From Vicugna vicugna (Eukaryota): a stretch of DNA of 64,000 nt. The stretch is taken from assembly GCA_013265495.1 (NCBI GenBank), contig MU058259.1:114161-178160 (forward strand). The letters are read 5' to 3'. The notes under the pieces are model-generated. The model was not told the origin of the DNA and ran no database searches. It saw only the letters and a list, made by a program, of their open reading frames with translations. Both the position numbers and the translations under genes were made by a program. This document shows, in pieces, positions 12,605 through 26,139 of the stretch (its first letter is position 1; every line of letters begins with the position of its first letter).

Positions 12605-13208
12605 TAACCACATGTCTGTATTTTGTCCATGTGGATATAATAAGGGATTTGGTCAAGCATCTTGTTCAGATCCACATGCATTATTTTTAAAGAAGTGGTT
12701 TTTGAGATTCAGTTGCTTCTGGACCATCTTCCTGATGTTTGTCTGTTTCCATGCAAAAGTAGGGAACAGGGTCTAGGGGCTGAGAGATTGTAGGTGAGCT
12801 GAAGCTGTGACTGACTGTGACTCATAAAGGACTAGAATGCTAAGAGAAGAGAAGAGTCTTGGAAGGAGCTGTATAAGGGAGAAGGGGAGGCTGGAGGAGG
12901 CAGAGGGCTGGGCTGGAATTAAAGTCGAGTGGTGGTTTAAGAAGGAAGCCATTGGAGGGCAGCGTTAAGAACCAGGAAGGGGCACTGGAAGAGGTAGAGA
13001 TGGGAGGGTACTGGGGAGGGGTGCAGAGTGGGTGCTGAGGGGTCTCACAATAAGACAGGGTAAAGGGCAGATGGTGGAGGAGAAGCAGGAAGGGGTAAAT
13101 GTTGGGCAGGTGAAGTCAATGGACCATCATAATGCCACATAAAAATCATCTTGTTTTCTGTGTGAAGGAACATCTATGTACCACACTGCAGGAAACTTCG
13201 GTCTAAAT

Positions 13209-13640
13209 CAGTGGTCTTCCAAATCTTTTTTGCTTGTGTATCCTCTAAAAGAATTTTGAAAAATTACATGCTCCCTCACACTTTTAAAGTTGATATCTAA
13301 AATCCTGTACATGTTTAAACATCGTAGTTCCAAAAGATGTAATAGCTAGTATATTGTAACTATTGATATTTAAAAGTAGAACTCTTATGTTGTACTTGCT
13401 GGTATCAAAATATCATTATGATACGACAGCAACCATCATCCATTTTAAAAGTACAAGACAAGCTCTTTAACAATCAGAAATTTTACATCGTTCCTTTTAC
13501 TCCTTGAAATGATATTTCCATTTCACTTCCCCCACAGACTTTTATCCTGATGTAATATACTTTTATGCTTGACAGTCTTTTATTGATCACTCTGTCATAT
13601 ATATTGGCAACAAAACATTTATGCAGATTTTTTTACAACT
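13209..13640 (+). mobile_element. hAT-Charlie non-autonomous element (Charlie4a-like)
   Basis: Starts with TIR-like cagtggtcttccaaa; ctaaaagaattttgaaaaa...ttttaaagttgatatctaaaat. Confidence 0.55.
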
Positions 13641-14174
13641 TATTTCCTATAACCATAAATAATAAATAATTATTAAATGTAAGAAGTAATATTTTGTTGG
13701 AAAAGCATCTCTTAGTGAGATGGATGGAGTAGGGGAGGTATGTCCACTAAAGGAAACTTGGCCAACGCGGGTATGCTGAATTGTACCCTCTTTTAGCATC
13801 TTGGAGGTTTTTACACCCCATGGCAATGTGCCTTGGTAAGGTTTGGAATGTTGGATACCTGGCCATCTGTATACCACCTGTGCTAAGACAGTGATGATGG
13901 TAGCTGCCATCACAGTAAACCGAAGATCCCCTTTGCCTATTTCCTAGGTATCACAGAAGCTTCCCAGATCTTTGTGTGACTCCAGGGGAAGGGAGGGAGC
14001 CCAGTAATGCCAAAGATAGAATTTTCTTCAAGTGTGACAGAATAGGTATTTAGAGCCTGATTTGCTTTGATTCAAAGAATACAAGGAAATGGGTATTTCC
14101 GGTACAGTTCTGGCATTAAGATTCATGCCTACTACATGGGGAAAAGGGAGAGAGAGCATTGGATTGGGTAATCA

Positions 14175-14350
14175 TCAAAGATGAGGTTAACTGCGTGTTT
14201 TCACCATTACTTAGCTACTGTGCAACTGGTCATCTGCATCTCACTGTCCATGTGTAAAATGGGGTTGAAATCTGCCCTATGCATCCTCCTGCATTACTAT
14301 GAGGCTTTTATGAGATAAGTGATGCTTGTGACATCATTTTGTAAACTGTC
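14175..14350 (+). mobile_element. MIR SINE
   Basis: ccattacttagctactgtg...catgtgtaaaatgggg...tgagataa. Confidence 0.65.
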
Positions 14351-14369
14351 AAGAACTCTCTCTTATTTT

Positions 14370-16790
14370 TATTCATAAACTTTTTATTTGAAAATAATTA
14401 TAGATTCTCAGGAAGTTGTGAAGACATGTACAGGAAGGTCCTGTGCATCCTATACTTCACCTCCATCAATGCTGACATCTTGCTCAACTACAGTACAGTA
14501 TCAAAACCAGAGCTTATTTAAATGTCACGAATTATCGCCAGTTATACTTGTGCTCATCTGTGTGTGTGTGTGTGGCTTCATGAAATTTTATCACATGTGT
14601 AGTTTCATGTAATTACCATCACAGTCATGATACAGAACTCTTCCATCATCACCAGTCTCCCTTGTGCTACCTCTTGATAGCCACACACTCCTCTCTCACA
14701 ATCCCTATCCCCTGGCAACCACTCTGTCCTTCATCTCTATAGTTTTGTTATTTCAAGAATGTTATATACATCAAATCACAGTATGTAGTTATTTAAAATT
14801 GCCTTTTTCACATAGCATAATTCCCTTGAGGTCCATTTAAGTTGTTGCCTGTATCAGTAGTTCATTCCTCTTTATTGCTGAGTTGTATTTCGTGGTATGG
14901 ATGCACCATAGTTTGTTTAACCATTCACCTATTGAAATACATTTGGGTTGTTTCTCATTGTTGGCTGTTATGAATTTAGTCGCTATGAAAATTTGTGTAC
15001 AGGTTTTTGAGTAAAAATAAGTTTCCATTTCTTTGGGATATATGAAATTCTGGGCTGTATGGTAAATGCATATCCAGGTATGTAAGAAACTTCCCAACTG
15101 TTTTCCAGCGTGGCTGAACCATTTTACATTTCTACCAGTAATATGTGAGTGATCAGTTTTCTGTGTATCCTTATCAGCATTGTGTGTTTTCACTGTTTTT
15201 TATTTTAGACGTTCCCATAGGTGTGCAATGATATCTTATTGTGGTTTTAATTCACATTTCTCTAATGGCTAATGATATTGAACATCCTTTCACGTGCATA
15301 TTTGTCATCTGTACATTATCTTTGGTGAAATGTCTGGCCATGTTGTAACAGAAGAACAAACCTGACTCCATATTGGATTTATTCCTTTAGCTCTGACCTT
15401 TGTGCTCTGCTGCCTGTGCTCAGTCATGCTGGCTCTGTACCTTTGTAAAAGAATGTTGCTTATAGCCTGAAATATACATGATAGCCCTTTCTCAAGGCTC
15501 TGTGTCCCAGGCTTGATGTTCATATAGAGATAAATAGGTGCAGAGCAGAAAATAGAAATTGTCTTGTCGGAGGTTAACAGGAACATTGTGAACAGGCCTG
15601 CGTGGACAGCTGCAAGAATGAAGGATTATCACATCCCCTCTGGGATCTGGCTGGCCCCAAGAAGTTTGCAACAAGCAGCCACACCTCCTCCTGTTTGCCT
15701 AGGCCTAGAACCCAAAGATTTTCTTCTAATTTTTTTCTGAAAGTTTTATAGCTTTATGTTTTACATCCAAGTCCATGATGTATTTTGAGTTAATTTTTGT
15801 CCGTTGTGTGAAACTTAGGTTAAGGTTCATTTTTTTCTGCCTATGGTTATCTAATTTCTCCAACACCATATGCTAAAAAGTCTGTCTTTCCTCCGTTGAA
15901 TTGTTTTTGCACATTTGTCAAAAATTAGTTGGGCACATTTGTGTAGCTCTGTTTCTGGGTTCTCTGTTCTGCTCCATTGATCTATGTGTGTCGCTCTGCC
16001 AGTATCACACTGTCTTGATTACTGTAGCTGTGTAGTAAGTCTTAATATCAGGTAAAGTAATTCTTCACATTTTATTCTTTTAAAAATTGTTTTAGTGATT
16101 CTAAGTTCTTTGCCTTTTTATATAAATTTTAGAATAGTCTTATCTATATCTACAAATAACCTTCCTGAGATTTACATCTTTACCATTTAGTATTCTAATC
16201 TATGAACGTTGTATGGTTCTCCATTTATTTAGTTCTTGTTTGATTGTTTTCATCAGCATTTTGTAATTTTCAGGGTATAGATCCTGACCATGTTTTTCTA
16301 AGTTTATACCTAAGTATTTCATTTTCTTTTTAGTGAGTGTAAATGACACTATGTTTTAAATATTGGTTTCCATATGCTTATTGTTAGTATATATAAGTGG
16401 TATGATCATTTTTGTATGTTTTTCTTTTATTTACAGTCTTGTTGAATTCATTTATTAGTTCTAGGAATTTTTTTGATAGATTCCTTGAAATTTTCTATTT
16501 AGAGGATGTCATCTCCAAACAGGGACTGGTTTTCCATCTTTCTTTCCGAGCTGTATGCATTTTATTTCTTTTTCTTGCCTTACTTTGCTTGAATAAGAAT
16601 GCTAATAGTGGACATCCTTTTCTTGCTCTGATCTTAGGGGGAAAGCATTCAGTCTTTCATCTTTCATTAAATATGGTATTAGTTGTAGGTTTTTTTTTTA
16701 ATAGATGTTTTTTATCAAGTTGAAGACCTTTACCTCTAATCCTAGTTTTTTAAGCTTTTTTTTTTTTTAAATCATGAATGGCTGTTTTTA
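14370..16790 (-). mobile_element. L1MB-type element (3' UTR plus ORF2), interrupted by an LTR
   Basis: aaactttttatttgaaaataattatagattctcaggaagttg 3' end; ORF2-like peptides (KCISIGEWLNKLW); antisense ORF2 continues at ~15700-16790. Confidence 0.88.
15344..15695 (+). mobile_element. ERV LTR, 3'-deleted, inserted in the L1MB
   Basis: Begins tgtaacagaagaacaaacctgactccatattgg, an artiodactyl ERV LTR-like start; no poly(A) signal or CA end, and the host L1 also lacks sequence at this junction. Confidence 0.65.
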
Positions 16791-17049
16791 AGAACTTTTA
16801 AAATGTTATTTTCTTTTAGTATTTTTAAATGATGCTTGATTGACATCTTGGCTCTGTGTGAAGTTCTGAGAATATGGGACACATCATTCTCCTTGTCAGC
16901 TCTGTCCCTCCTGGGTGGGCTAGGAGGTCACAGGTGAGAGAAGAATTTCTCATTGGGTGAGACTGAGGAAAAATGGAAGGGAGAGATATTGGGGCCCTGC
17001 CAAAAGGGGTCTGTTATCCAACAGAAAACCATGGTGCTAAGAGCTCAGG

Positions 17050-17522
17050 TTATCCGTTTCTTAGGGCTGCTGTAACAAATTACCACAAACTTAGTGGCTT
17101 AAAACAACATGAATTAATTTTCTTACAGCTCTGAAGGTCCAAGGTCTAAAATCAAGGTGTTCCTTCTGGAGGCTTCAGGGGAGATCCTGTTTCCTTGCAT
17201 TTTCCAGCTTCTAGAGGCTGCCTGCATTCCTTGGCCTGTGGCCTCTTTCTTCAACTTCAGAGGACATCACTCCACCCCCTGGTTCCATTATCACATCTCC
17301 TTTTTTTCTGTTTGGCCTTACCTCTACTGCCTCCTTCTTTTAGGGCCCCTTGTGATTACATTGGGGCCACCAGGATAATCCAGCATAATCTCAATATCCT
17401 TAATGTAATTACATCTGCATATAATTAATTACATTTTGCCATTTAAGGTGACATAGTCATAGGTTTCAGGGATTAGGATGTGGTCATCTTTTGAGGGAAG
17501 GGGCATTATTCAGCCCAGCATA
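17050..17522 (-). mobile_element. MaLR LTR (MLT1C/D-like)
   Basis: tagggctgctgtaacaaattaccacaaacttagtggcttaaaacaac...ttccagcttctagaggctgcctgcattcc...gggcattattcagccc. Confidence 0.88.
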
Positions 17523-17687
17523 GAGGATGACCATGGACATGCTGATGAGGTATTCTGAAGAACAGGGCTGTGGAATTAGACTGTGCTTTTAATTCCCACT
17601 CCAGTTTTACAAACAGTGTAATGTAACATCTAGTGAATTTCTTATTCTGGCTAGAGTTTTGTTCATCTTTATAACTATAACCTCTAT

Positions 17688-18145
17688 TGTGGTAAAGATG
17701 ATGACTGCCCATCAGAAATTTACACAACCCTTCCAGAGTATACAGTGGTGACTAGCAACCAACTTTCTAGGCAGGAGCTATACTTCTCATTTGCATCTAA
17801 GTGAGGCCCATATGACTACCAATGGAATGTGAGTGGAAGTGATGTGTGTTACTTCTGGCTGAGGTGCCTATGATGAAGGGGTAGATTCTCCATGGTCTCC
17901 TCTCCCACCTGCGACTCTATGTTGTCTCCCATGTGACCTTGGAAGCCTAGTGATGAAGATGGTAAAGCTTCCATGATCCTGGGTCCCTCAATGACTGAGT
18001 GGAACAGAGTCCCTCCTCCTCTCACTACCAAAATGAAAACCTGTGTGGGCCTATAATGTGAGCCAGAAATAAATTTCTGTTGTGTCAAGCTGCTGAAATT
18101 TTAGGTTTATTCATTACTTTAGCCAGCATTATCTTAAGCAATACA
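17688..18145 (+). mobile_element. MaLR LTR (MLT1J-like)
   Basis: ccaatggaatgtgagtggaagtgatgtgtg...ctgggtccctcaatgac...agaaataaatttctgttgtg...aataca. Confidence 0.75.
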
Positions 18146-20469
18146 TCTACCTTGCAGGCTATTATTATCCTCTGGGACTGTATAAAGAAATCCTGGGTGT
18201 AGAATGCATGTGATGAAACTAAGGGACTCACAGATTGGAAAGTCATGAACTTTTCCTCCTAGAGCAGTGGTTCTCAAACTGGAGCATGCATTAGAAGCCT
18301 GAAGGGTGTTGGGCCTTCTGCACCCCAAACCTCTCTTCAGGCTTTTCTATCTTGCTTGTCTCTTCTGCATGGTTGTCACCTCTATGAGGGCAGGCACTGG
18401 GGCTAATTTGTTGGCAACTCCATTCCAGAACTAGCACAGTACCTAGCAAATAAAAGGCCCCCGACCAGTAGTGGAGGAAGGAAAAAGGAGCAAACTGTCA
18501 GTCTGTGACTCCAAGGGCTAAGTGAGTGGCAGTATGCTTCAGTTAAAGGTTTGACGATTGCCTCATTCCTAAATAGCCTTGAGTGGGGTTCTTTGTTCCT
18601 CCATGACTCTGTTAAGGTGAGGAGAAGTTGCAGCAGCAGTAGCCTGTGCTGTTGTCTCCCAAGGAGATTTTGCCTTTTCCTTTGGCTGGTATATCTTTGG
18701 AAGAGCTCCTGCGATTGATGAAATAGTTTGCATCTCAGAAAGTATATCCATTCTCCTATCAGGCAAAATTTATCTTGGCTTTACGTTCTGGGGGTTTAAT
18801 CGATGAATGAATGTATTCACTTGATCACGCTGGAAGATTTCATTGCAGAGAGCTGCTGCCCATTTGAGAAAGTGCATGGACTATATTTCCTCTCAGCAGA
18901 GCTTCCCTGCAGAACATAAAGCACAGGGTTCGCAGCAGTCAGCAATCACTTCTCAGGGCTGGCCCCACGCAGAGGCTGAGAAGGTAGCCTTCTCCGAGTG
19001 TGAGGGGAAGCCTCGGGGCACTGGCAAGTCCTTGAAAGCAGCTATTAAAAAACAAATGTTATCTGGGAAAGAGGAAGATGGATTCAAAGAGACAAATTCT
19101 GTATACTGGGCAATTTTGCCCAGGGCAGGCTCTGAATTCTCTCTCTCTGAAGTAAGAAGTTTGGTATTAACAATTTCAAAGAGTCATTCTGATTTCAACA
19201 GCTTTGAAAGCTGACAGTAGGGGTGGAGGCTGGGGAGGGAATGGTGGGGAACAGGAGTGCAGTGAGAATTCCACACAGCACCAGTGTGGGGCTGCCAGAG
19301 AACCCCGAGAAGGCAGGAGGCTGGCTGCATTTGGGTTACCTTCCCAGATCTCTGACAAGACAGGGCATCGGCTCCCAGATCACTTCCCATTTGGGTCGCC
19401 TTTGGAGGCCTGAGCTATATCCGATTTCAATTTCTTGGGTTAATTTATACTCCACTATAAACAAACTCTTGTAAAAGCTGAGAACGAGCAAGGATAAAGA
19501 AGCTGTTTTTCCATTACAGTCTCTTTCTTCTGATTGGTTGTGAAGTTTTTCAATAACAGAGACCCCACATTTTGCCCTGGGGATCTGGGCGTTATGTACT
19601 GAGGAGGTGAGGGACAATTTAGCATGAGCCTGCTCCATGCTTGGCTCCGTGTTGGGGGCCTTCACTTGTATTGAAGTAGGGGGAGGGGGAAGTTTAACAC
19701 CCCCCACCCCCAACCTCCATTCCCCCTGACCTGGAGTTAACCATAATCCACAATATGGTGCAATGCGGGAAAATGTAAACACAGATATGTGGCCAGCCTA
19801 GGCCTCTCAAACTCGAGTTAATTGCTGCCTAAATCTCCATACTCAGCTGATGTTTCAGTATCAAGCTATTCTCTAACTGAAGTCTTAAATTTTACTCGGA
19901 GTATTGGGGGAGATGTGGTGTCTCATGTGGTAATTTTCTGAGAGCTCTATTTTCCCCATATCAAATCATTGCTAATGTAGCATATTTGGGCGCCTGTATG
20001 ATTTTTATTCATTAACCTCATCTAAACTGCTCATCTGAACTGATCCCGGATCATCTCCACTCTTCTGTGTGTTCTGTTTCTATTTTCTCATTTTCATTAT
20101 AAAACTTTCAGAATTGGTTTTCCTGCTCTGGGTTTTGAGTACGAGGCCTACCAAAGATTTGGTTCGCTAGGTTCATTTCTTTGTGTCACCAGTTAGTGTC
20201 CACTGATGTCTTGGAATTGTGGGAGATCTGCATCTCAAAAGTTTATAGCAAGTTGCTTGCATTTTAATTCCAGACATGGTAGAACATGAGAGTTTACTAA
20301 ATAAGCACACATGATTTTTAATATATATCTATATACATATAAATAAGTTTTAGGTTTATGATTGCTGAGAGATTACCTTTAAACTTTCTCTTTTCGTCTC
20401 TAGTTAACTATAGTTTATAGTTTCATAAATAGTTTGACACCTTTAAAATATTCAAGTATAAGCTGAGAT

Positions 20470-20995
20470 TTTTTTGGGGTTTTTTTTTGAGATATAATTG
20501 ACAAATAAAATTATAAGATATTTAAAGTGTACATCATGATGATTTGATATATGTATATATTGTGAAAGGATTCCCCCACCTAGTTAATTAACACATCCTC
20601 ACCTCACATGTTTATCTTTTTAAAAGGTTTTTTGTGAGAACATTTAAGTTATAGTCTCTTAGCAAATTTCAATTACACAATACAGTGTTATCAACTGTAG
20701 TCACCATGTTTTACATTAGATCCTTATTCACCTTATAGCTGAACGTTTGTCTCCCTTTACCAACCTTGCCCTATATCCCTCACCCCCCAGCCCCTGGAAA
20801 ACACTTTTCTACTTTCTGTTTCTGAGTTTGACTTTTTTCAGATTCCACATATAAGTAATATCATGCAATATTTGTCTTTCTCTGGCTTATTTCACTTAGC
20901 ATAATGCCTTCAGGGTCCATCCACATTGTCACAGATGGCAGCATTTCCTTCTTTCTCATGGCTGAATAGTATTCTAGTGTGTGTGTGTATCACAT
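20470..20995 (-). mobile_element. L1MA9-like 3' end
   Basis: ttgagatataattgaca...ctcttagcaaatttcaa...cagattccacatataagt...ggctgaatagtattc. Confidence 0.85.
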
Positions 20996-21215
20996 CGTTT
21001 CTTTGATTATGGGGATCACTTTATTTAGCATCTTTGATGTGGAAGGACAGTACTAGGTGTTACAAGGATGCAGAAATGAATAAGCACAAGCTTAGAGAGC
21101 TCACAATCTAGTGATTATGTGACACTAGTAAGAATAACATCTGATATTTCTGAGCATTAAAAATGTGCCACTATACTAAAAACTACTGAGTTGTACATGT
21201 AAAAATATGTGCCAG

Positions 21216-21360
21216 CTCTTGTAATAACCTGTAATGGAAAATAATCTGAAAAAGAATATATATATATGTATATATGTACATATAAATATATAACTGAATC
21301 ACTTTGCTGTACACCTGAAACTAACACAACATTGTAAATCAACTATACTTCAATTAAAAA
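21216..21360 (+). mobile_element. Short artiodactyl-type L1 3' tail inserted in a MIR
   Basis: taactgaatcactttgctgtacacctgaaactaacacaacattgtaaatcaactatacttcaat plus poly(A); gtgccag repeated on both sides. Confidence 0.9.
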
Positions 21361-21414
21361 AAAAGTGCCAGGCATTTCACATTCATTTCTCATTTATTTA
21401 TTTATATCCTTAAA

Positions 21415-21715
21415 AAATTTAGATATAGTTGACATAAAACATTATGCTAGTTTCAGTTGTACAATATGATTCAATATTTGTGTGTTTTTTGAAATGATCA
21501 CCACAGTAAGGCTAGTTAACATCCATCACCACACATAGTTAGAGTTTTGTTTTCCTTGTGATGAACGTGTTCGAGATCTGCTCTCTTAGCAACTTTCAAA
21601 TATACAGTACAGTATTATTAATCATAGCCCCTGTGTTGTATATTACATCCCCATGACATTTATTTTACAGCTGGGATACCACATCTTCTTTATTCATTCA
21701 TCTGTTGTGGGACAC
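21415..21715 (-). mobile_element. L1MA9-like 3' fragment
   Basis: agatatagttgacata...ctcttagcaactttcaaatatac...ttattcattcatctgtt. Confidence 0.8.
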
Positions 21716-22451
21716 AAAGGGGGCTGAGATTATTTTTAATTCTAAGCTTTATGTCAGTAGCAAATTGTCACAGGAATAGTTTCCTATGGGGGCACTGAAT
21801 GCACATTTGAGTTCATACAAAATCTAGGATGAGGACAGAACATTTGAGGGGCAGTGAGTGTCTTGCCTCTGGCTCTATACTCCCACCTAGCACACTGATC
21901 CCCCACTTGTAGATAAAGACCAATCAAAGGCTGTTTGCAATGCCTTTTTTGTGTCCTTTTCACCTGTTTCTGAGTTTTCCACACCTGAAGCTTGAAGCTG
22001 GTCTTGATCCTTCCTGGAGCTTCCCCTAGATTCTGGTGCCCCCATATCACCTGCGATGGTAGGGGTCATGCCTGCACCAGTCACTTGGCTAGTGCCTCAG
22101 TTAATGCGGAACAGAAGGGCATAGCCCTTTTCCCAAAGGAATAGGCTGTCAGGAAAATATTAGGTCCCGAGGGCCTAGGCTACTGGAAGGCAGACCCTTA
22201 TTCCTATGGCCAAGGCCCAAGGGACTGTCAAGATAACCCATCTTTTGGGCCCAAACAGTCAGCGAGGGGGTCTGGGCCACCTCTGGCTGCGGGAGAGGGA
22301 CACGTATCTGGAAGGTACCTAACTCCATTGTAAGACTTCAGGACAAGTGTGAAAGGGCTATTAGACTTGATGATGGAGCTAAACTGGAGTCAGTAGGATG
22401 TATTTCTACTGTAACAGTGCCCGGTTAGGAATTTTGAAAAGGATATCTAAT

Positions 22452-22453
<2 letters not shown>

Positions 22454-22488
<35 letters not shown>

Positions 22489-22634
22489 NNNNNNNNNNNN
22501 NNNNNNNNNNNNNNNNNNNNNNNNNNNNNNNNNNNNNNNNNNNNNNNNNNNNNNNNNNNNNNNNNNNNNNNNNNNNNNNNNNNNNNNNNNNNNNNNNNNN
22601 NNNNNNNNNNNNNNNNNNNNNNNNNNTATATATA
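22454..22634. other. (TA)n microsatellite flanking an assembly gap (N run 22489-22626, 138 bp)
   Basis: Directly visible. Confidence 0.97.
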
Positions 22635-22721
22635 TTTATTTATTTATTTACTTACTTAAAAGCTTGGTAATTTTTGGCTGACTGAAACATTTCATTACAA
22701 AAGCATGTTCTATGACCTCAA

Positions 22722-22870
22722 TACTCAAAGGAAGGTCTGTGAACAGCTTTGGCATCTCCAGGGAGCTTGTTAGAAAATGCAGAGTCTCAGGCCCTGCCCC
22801 AGCCCTATTGAATCCGAATCTGCACCTTAATAAATCCCCCCAGGTGATTTATATCCACACTAAAGTTTTC
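22722..22870. mobile_element. MER5A/B hAT MITE
   Basis: ggagcttgttagaaaatgcagagtctcaggccctgcccc...gaatctgcac...ccccaggtgatt. Confidence 0.75.
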
Positions 22871-23163
22871 ACGTTTCCTCTCCCCCACCCTTCTCTTTTG
22901 TTTTTTGAAAAACTTTCTATTTGGAAATAATTATAGATTTACAGGAAGTTGCAAAGATAGCATAGAAGAATCCATTAGACCCTTCCCTCAGTTTCCCCTA
23001 GCAGTTACATCTTACATAATTATAGTACTTACCACTTCTCCACAAGGCTACAAAACCATCATGCCTCCTAACTGAAAGCTAGTGCACCTGGTGGTGCTCA
23101 AATGCGTTGCAGGCCACCGTAGTGCCTTGTTCTACTTGGCAGGATTCTGTAGGTAAAGGAGAT

Positions 23164-23593
23164 TGTTGTGGGCACAACGTGGCTGGTTGGTGATGTGGGT
23201 TGGTAGAAGAACTTACCAGAGGGCAAGGAGAGTTTAGGAAAGGAATTTATTAGGGTACGCTGCCATAGACAACAGCGGGCCACACAGGCAAGAGGTGTCT
23301 CCATGAGCACCGAGAGTGGGCGTGCAGGGTCTTACTGGGGAAGTGGGCTGTGCACACAAGGAATAGGGGCTACATGATCAATTTGTGCACAGGTACCTGA
23401 TTGGTTGTAAGATCTGTCAGGGACTCCTCTGAACAATAGGTTTTACGACTTTGATAAGGTCAGGATGTGAGGCCTGTCCACCTAGGGTATTGTGAAATGC
23501 ACTATCTTCTGGGGTGATGAGTCCTGCTAGAGTAAACACACATCAAGAGAAGTTTTTATCCTGCAGAAATGCAGGTATGTGGAGTGGTCCTGC
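23164..23593 (-). mobile_element. Probable ERV LTR
   Basis: LTR-like composition, minus-strand AATAAA near 23247, gaacttacca...tttattag motif; termini and TSD not resolved. Confidence 0.45.
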
Positions 23594-24644
23594 AGTGGGG
23601 AGTGGAGGTTAAGGTGCCAGTGGCTTCAGGCACACAGAGAACCTGGGAGTGGGGATGACTCCAGAGAGTACCAGCCGGCTCCACAGAGATGGTGCTGCCA
23701 GGTACACGGGGAAGGCAGCATGGCTCACAGAGTGATGGGTGTTGGTGCTGTGCAGTTGTCCTTTTGTGGGTTCTATAGTGGGCATTCAAATGGTCAAAGC
23801 CGAGAGGGGAGTTATGGGGCTGGACATAGGAGTGGGCTGAGGCCAGATACAAAAGCCAGAGAGATGGGAAGACCAGTCCAGGTCATTGGACTCTGGGTAA
23901 GTGCAAATGAGGAGTGGTAAGATTGAATGTGAGAAGAAAGGTCTTTGGGACAAACGTGGAATCAGTGTTGATGTGGATGGAGATGGGAGAGAAGGAATTG
24001 ACAAGGTCATCCTAGTGAATTTGGGTGCACAGTTTTTGGTTTTACATGAACTCTCCTTTGAAGGCTCGGAAAGGTCTTTATTGGCTTTAAAGGCACAGAA
24101 CTCTGAACCTGACTGAGTCATTCTGTTAAAACAAGGTGAGTTTGGGACCAGAGAATCTGTGTTTGATGGGCCAAAATTAATGATGGGTTGAAAAAAACAG
24201 TAGAGGAGTGAACTTGACAGAGCCAGGTAGAAACAGAGGCATGAAAACAGGAGGCCTTGCAGCACTGAGGACAAGGCAAGGGAGGTTGGGTTGAAAACCT
24301 GAGCCCTGGTTTAGCAGGAACAGGGCCAAAGGCTGGAAGAAACGCTGCCTGCGTCTGGTTCTAGGAAATCCAGAGGCAGAGGTGACTAGAGGAATCTAAG
24401 TTATAGGGGAATCCAGGAGCAAATGGGCCAAGGCCAGACTTCCTGCCCCACCTTGCATGAGAGGGCCTGCACTCTCAAAGTGCTAGGGTTTGTCAGTTTC
24501 CTGGGAGGAAATAATGAGCCCATGAATGCTGAACTTAGCAAACTAATAGGCACTGGAGATGACAGCAGTGTCACTCATGCTCACTCTTCGTTTCTCCTCT
24601 GAGTCTGAAGGCCACATAGCTTGTTGCCTTTCTATTCAAAGGAT

Positions 24645-25135
24645 GGTGGGAATTCAGTAGCACCAGCAGTACCTGGGAGCTTGTCAGAAATGTGGAATTT
24701 CAGGTTCCACCCCAGACCTAGGGCAGTAGAATATGCATTTTAACAGAAGCCCACAGTTGTGGTTACTCTTCTGCACTTTAAAAGTTAGAGAAGTGCTAGC
24801 TTATTGCTTTGGCACACAGACATCCTAGAGATCTGAATTCTAAACCCTCTGCCAACAGTTGCCTATTCATGGAACTCTTAAGTTTCTTTCCTAGGTCTTG
24901 GGAGTGACTTATTTTCATAAAGGGCAGTGGTTCTCAACCCTGGCTGCCCATTAGAGTAACTCGAGGAGTTTCTTAAAATACAGATCCCAAAGCTCCACCT
25001 GGGGTCAGTTGAATCTGAATGTGGGGGGCTGGGATGAAATTCCAATTCAGTTGGTTGGAATGGGGCCCAAGCATCAGGAGTTTTAAAAGCTCCTCTGGTG
25101 ATTCTAACGTGCAGCCTGTTGGAAACCTAGGAACT
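24645..25135. mobile_element. Two MER5-family MITEs (~24645-24800 and ~24924-25135)
   Basis: cacctgggagcttgtcagaaatg...ccaccccagacct; cagtggttctcaaccctggctg...ggtgattctaacgtgcagcc. Confidence 0.7.
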
Positions 25136-26139
25136 GGGGTAAAAGGGAAGAGGAGGTAGCAGAGAGCGTATCTCTGTGTGAAAGGGAGGAGTGAAGGTTC
25201 AGAAGACCTCCAAATGGCCACAGTAAAAGGACCCTCATCTTGAGGGTCAGGCGTTCTGTGGAGAGGGCTCAGTGCTGAGCAGTCCTCTAGCAAGGACGCC
25301 TCTCACCAACCCACTGACCAACGGTCCTGGACCCTTGTTATCCCCTAAACGGCAGATTGTGGATTTTGGCCACTTTAGGTGGGAATGGGTGTGAAGGGAG
25401 AACCTTTTCTCTGAAGCAAGAGGGGCCTGATCAGAACCAGTTGGAAGCCCAGCAGGGGGCCAGGAAGACAAGTTGGGGGACTCATTGCTGAGGTTCAGGC
25501 CAGAGATGATGGTGACTGGCATAGGGTAGTGGCCAAAGACATTCAGATCATGGGGAGGTCAGGACTTTGTCCAAATCCAAGCCCTACTTTGCCTCCCTCA
25601 TCCCTGTAGTTTGACTGGACCCCATTGTCTGGCTTAGCCCATCAGGGCTAGAAGACACTTGAGTGCTTGTCCATCAGTGCTCTGTGGCTGAGTGGCATCC
25701 ATCCTTGACCTGATGTCCTTCATCTGACTTTTGCCTTGCTTCCTGCTCGCAACATGCTGAACCTGGCTCAGGACTTGTTGCCGCCTTCCTGGGACTAGAA
25801 ATCTGCCTTGCTTGTACTTGTCCTCCTTCCACTTTATTCACCTCCTTCCCTGGCATACAGCCTACCTAGATCATAGAGAAATATATACACAGAAACTGCA
25901 CATTGTCCTCTAGTATTCACTCTACCTTTCTTTTGTAATAATAAAACTCTTGATTTTTAATTAGGTTCCTTTCCCATGCTTCCATAAAGCTAGATGTGGC
26001 CAGTGCAGTTGAAGGTACCCCTGTCAGCCCTCCAGGGAACTGAGTGGATTGCAGGGGCCTCACAGGGCTTTGGACCACAAGGGGACCCCAATTCAACTGA
26101 GCTGGAGGAAGGAGGAGCTGATGCTGTGTAAAATGTAAC

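Noticed and set aside
22398..22670. ORF spanning the N run
   Set aside because: Artefact of the assembly gap and the (TA)n repeat.
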